Origin: Mobula hypostoma
Taxonomy: Eukaryota
Direction: 5' to 3'
DNA: 64,000 nucleotides
NCBI RefSeq assembly: GCF_963921235.1
Contig: NC_086108.1
Location: forward strand, 36,458,001 to 36,522,000
Below, in pieces: positions 61,090 through 64,000 of the stretch. A program made the position numbers and the translations under genes. The first letter of the stretch is position 1, and the number at the start of each line of letters is the position of its first letter. The notes under the pieces are model-generated. The model was not told the origin of the DNA. It did not search any database and saw nothing but the letters and a program-made list of their open reading frames with translations.

Positions 61090-64000
61090 GTAAAGATAGC
61101 GTGTAGTCAGACCGTCAGGAAGGGCAGGCAGGTAATGGGGCTTAGTTGCAGCCAACAGGCTGGATATCAAATCATTAGGGAATCAGAAAGGATAGCAAAT
61201 ATGGTACTAAAAGTGTTGTATCTAAATGCACATAGTATAAGAAATAAGGTGGATGATCTTGTTGCAATATTACAGATTGCCAGATATGTTGTGGCCATTA
61301 CTGAATTGTGGCTGAAGGATGGTTGTAGTTGGGAGCTGAATGTCTAAAGTTACACATTATATCGGAGGGACAGGAACGTAGGCAGAAGGGGTGGTGTGGC
61401 TGTACTGGTAAAGAATGGCATCAATCAGTAGAAAGATGTGTCATGGGATCGGAAGATATTGAATCCTTGTGGGTTGAGTTAAGAAATTGCAAGGGTAAAA
61501 AGACATTGATGGCAGTTATATACAGGCCTCCCAACAGTGGCTGGGAGGTGGACCACAGGTTACAACAGGAAATAGAAAAGGCGAGTCAAAAGGGTAATGC
61601 TATGGTAGTCATGAGAGATTTTAACATGCAGGTTGATTGGGGAAAATCAGGTTGGTACTGGATCTCAAGACAGTGATTTTGTTGAATGCCTAAGAGATAG
61701 CTTTTTAGAGCAGTTTGTCCTTGAGCTGACTAGGGGATCAGCTATACCAGATTGGATGTTATGTAATGAACCGGAGATGATTCGAGAGCTTAAGGTAAAA
61801 GAATCTTAGGAACCAGTGATCACAATATGATTGAATTGAACTTGAAATTTCAGTGGAGTAAGGGAAATTACACTGGTATGAGAGAGGAGTTGGCCAAAGT
61901 GAATTGGAAGGAGCTGCTGGCAGAGCAGCAATGGTGTGTGTTTCTGGGAAAAATGAGAAGGTGCAGGACATGTGTATTCCAAAAATAAAGAAATACTCCA
62001 AAGGTAAAATAGTACAACTGTGGCTGACAAGGGAAATCAAAGCTATTGTAAAAGCAAAAGAAAGAGCATACAACAAAGCATTGTAGGAAGATAGAGGTTT
62101 GGGATTTTATATAAACCTAGAGAATGCAATTTAAAAAATCATTAGAAGGGAAAAGATGAAATATGAAAGCAAGCTAGCAAATAATATCAAACTGGGTAGT
62201 AAAAACTTTTTCATGTATGTTAACAATAAAAGAGAAATGAGAGTGGATATATGACCACTAGAAGATGAGGCAGGAGAAATAATAACGCGGGACAAGGAGA
62301 TGGCTGATGAACTAAATGAGCATTTTGCATCAGCCTTCACTGTGGAAGACACTAGCAGTATGCCTGATGTTGTAGTGTGTGAAGGAAGAGAAGTGGGTGC
62401 AGTCACTGTTACAAGAGAGAAAGTGCTCAAAAAGCTGAAAGATCTAAATGTACATAAGTCACCCAGATCAGAGGAACTGCACCCTGGGGTTCTGAAAGAG
62501 GCAGCATTAGAGATTGTGGTGGCATTGTGGTGTCCTTTAAAAAACATTGGGCTCTGGCATGGTGCCAGAAGACTGGAAAATTGCAAATGTCACTCCACTC
62601 TTCAAAAAAGGAGGAAGGCAGCAGAAAGGAAATTATAGACTAGTTACCTTGACCTCAGTGGTTGGGAAGATATTGGAGTCAATTGTTAAGGATGAGGTGA
62701 TGGGTTACTTGGTGACACAGGACAAGATAGTACAAAGTCAACATAGTTTCCTTCAGGGAAAATCCTGCCTGACAAACCTGTTGGAATTATTTGAGGAGAT
62801 TAGAAGTAGGATAGATAAAGGGAATGCAGTGGATATTGTATATTTGGACTTTCAGAAGGCTTTGACAAGGTGCCACTCATGAGGCTGCTTACCAAATTAA
62901 GAGCCCATGGTATTACAGGATAGTTACTAACATGGTTAGAGCATTCGTTGTTTGGTAGGAGACAGCGAGTGGGAATAAAAGGATCCTTTTCTGGTTGGCT
63001 GCCAGTGACTAGTGGTGTTCCACAGGGGTCAGTTTTGGGACCACTTCTTTTTATGCGGTATATCAATGCTTTAGATGATGGAATAGATGGCTTTTTTTAA
63101 ACCAAGTTTGAAGATGATACGAAGATTGGTAGAGGGGCAGGTAGTGTTGAGGAAACAGGTAGGATGCAGAAGGACTTAGACCGATTAGGAGAATGGGCAA
63201 GAAAGTGGCAAATGAAATATAATGTTGGAAAATGCATGGTCATGCACTTTGGTAGTAGAAATAAATGTGCGGACTATTTTCGAAAAGGGGAGAACATCCA
63301 GGAATCTGAGAATGCAGAAGGACTTGGGAGTCTTTGTGTAGAACACCTTAAAGGTTAACTTGCAGGTTGAGTCGGTGTTGAGGAAGGCAAATGCCATGCT
63401 AGAACTTACTTCCAGCGGTCTACAATACAAGAGCAAGGATGTGATGTTGAGGCTTTATAAGGCACTGGTGAGGACTCTCCTTGAATATTGTGAACAGTTT
63501 TGGGCCCCTCATCTTAGAAAAGATGTGCTGGCATTGGAGATGATCCAGAGGATGCTTACAAGGATGATTCCAGAAATGAAAGTGTTATCATACGAGGAAA
63601 GTTTGATGGCTCTGGGTCTGTACTTGCTGGAATTCAGAAGGATGAAGAGGGATCTCATTGAAACCTTTCGAATGTTGAAAGGCCTAGACAGAGTAGATAT
63701 GGAAAGGATGTTTCCCATGGTGGGAGAGTCTAGGACAAGAGGGCACAGCCTCAGGATAGAGGGGTGCCCTTTCAAACCAGAGATGCAGGGAAATTTCTTT
63801 AGCCAAAGGGTGGTGAATTTGTGGAATTTGTTGCCAAGTGCAGCTGTGGAGGCCAGGTCGTTGTGTGTATTTAAGGCAGAGATTGAAAGGTTCTTGATTG
63901 GACATTGCATCAAAGGTTATGAGGAGAAGATGAGAACCGGGGTTGAGGAGGATGGAAAAAAGAATCAGCCATGATTGAATGGCAGAGCAGACTCGGTGGA
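61090..64000 (+). mobile_element. CR1 LINE, near-complete ORF2 (endonuclease + RT) with many frameshifts
   Basis: LKVLYLNAHSIRNK..AITELWL; ESLWVELRN..AVIYRPPNS; LNEHFASAFT; WKIANVTPLFKKG..GNYR; YLDFQKA; RVVNLWN; 3' UTR reaches the window end. Confidence 0.97.

Overview
A repeat-dense, AT-rich stretch of vertebrate non-coding (intronic or intergenic) DNA. The repeat inventory (many CR1 LINEs, Rex1/Babar LINEs, V-domain/HE1-type tRNA SINEs, a Deu-domain SINE, Penelope-derived fold-back repeats) suggests a cartilaginous fish, probably a ray or skate; this is inference. I found no host protein-coding exon, genuine tRNA/rRNA gene or CRISPR array. Every recognisable ORF is a retrotransposon or transposase fragment (CR1, Rex1/Babar, RTE, Tx1, Penelope, Tc1). 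The notable structures are: (i) minimal hammerhead-ribozyme-like motifs in Penelope-derived repeats, best copy 35818-35864; (ii) a tRNA-Arg-headed SINE with an RTE-like body, (CTT)n tail and perfect 13-bp TSD; (iii) a 92-bp TIR element with a 6-bp (or 4-bp) TSD; (iv) ORF-less 0.6-0.8 kb non-LTR elements with a YY1-like 5' end and LINE-like tail; (v) a young Tx1 fragment broken by one nonsense codon; (vi) two solo LTRs; (vii) a composite hAT-in-hAT MITE; (viii) an isolated 26-bp-stem hairpin; (ix) several TE-poor blocks that may be constrained. Family names come from motif recognition by eye, not database searches. Boundaries of old elements are approximate. Nothing here demonstrates a new biological system by itself.
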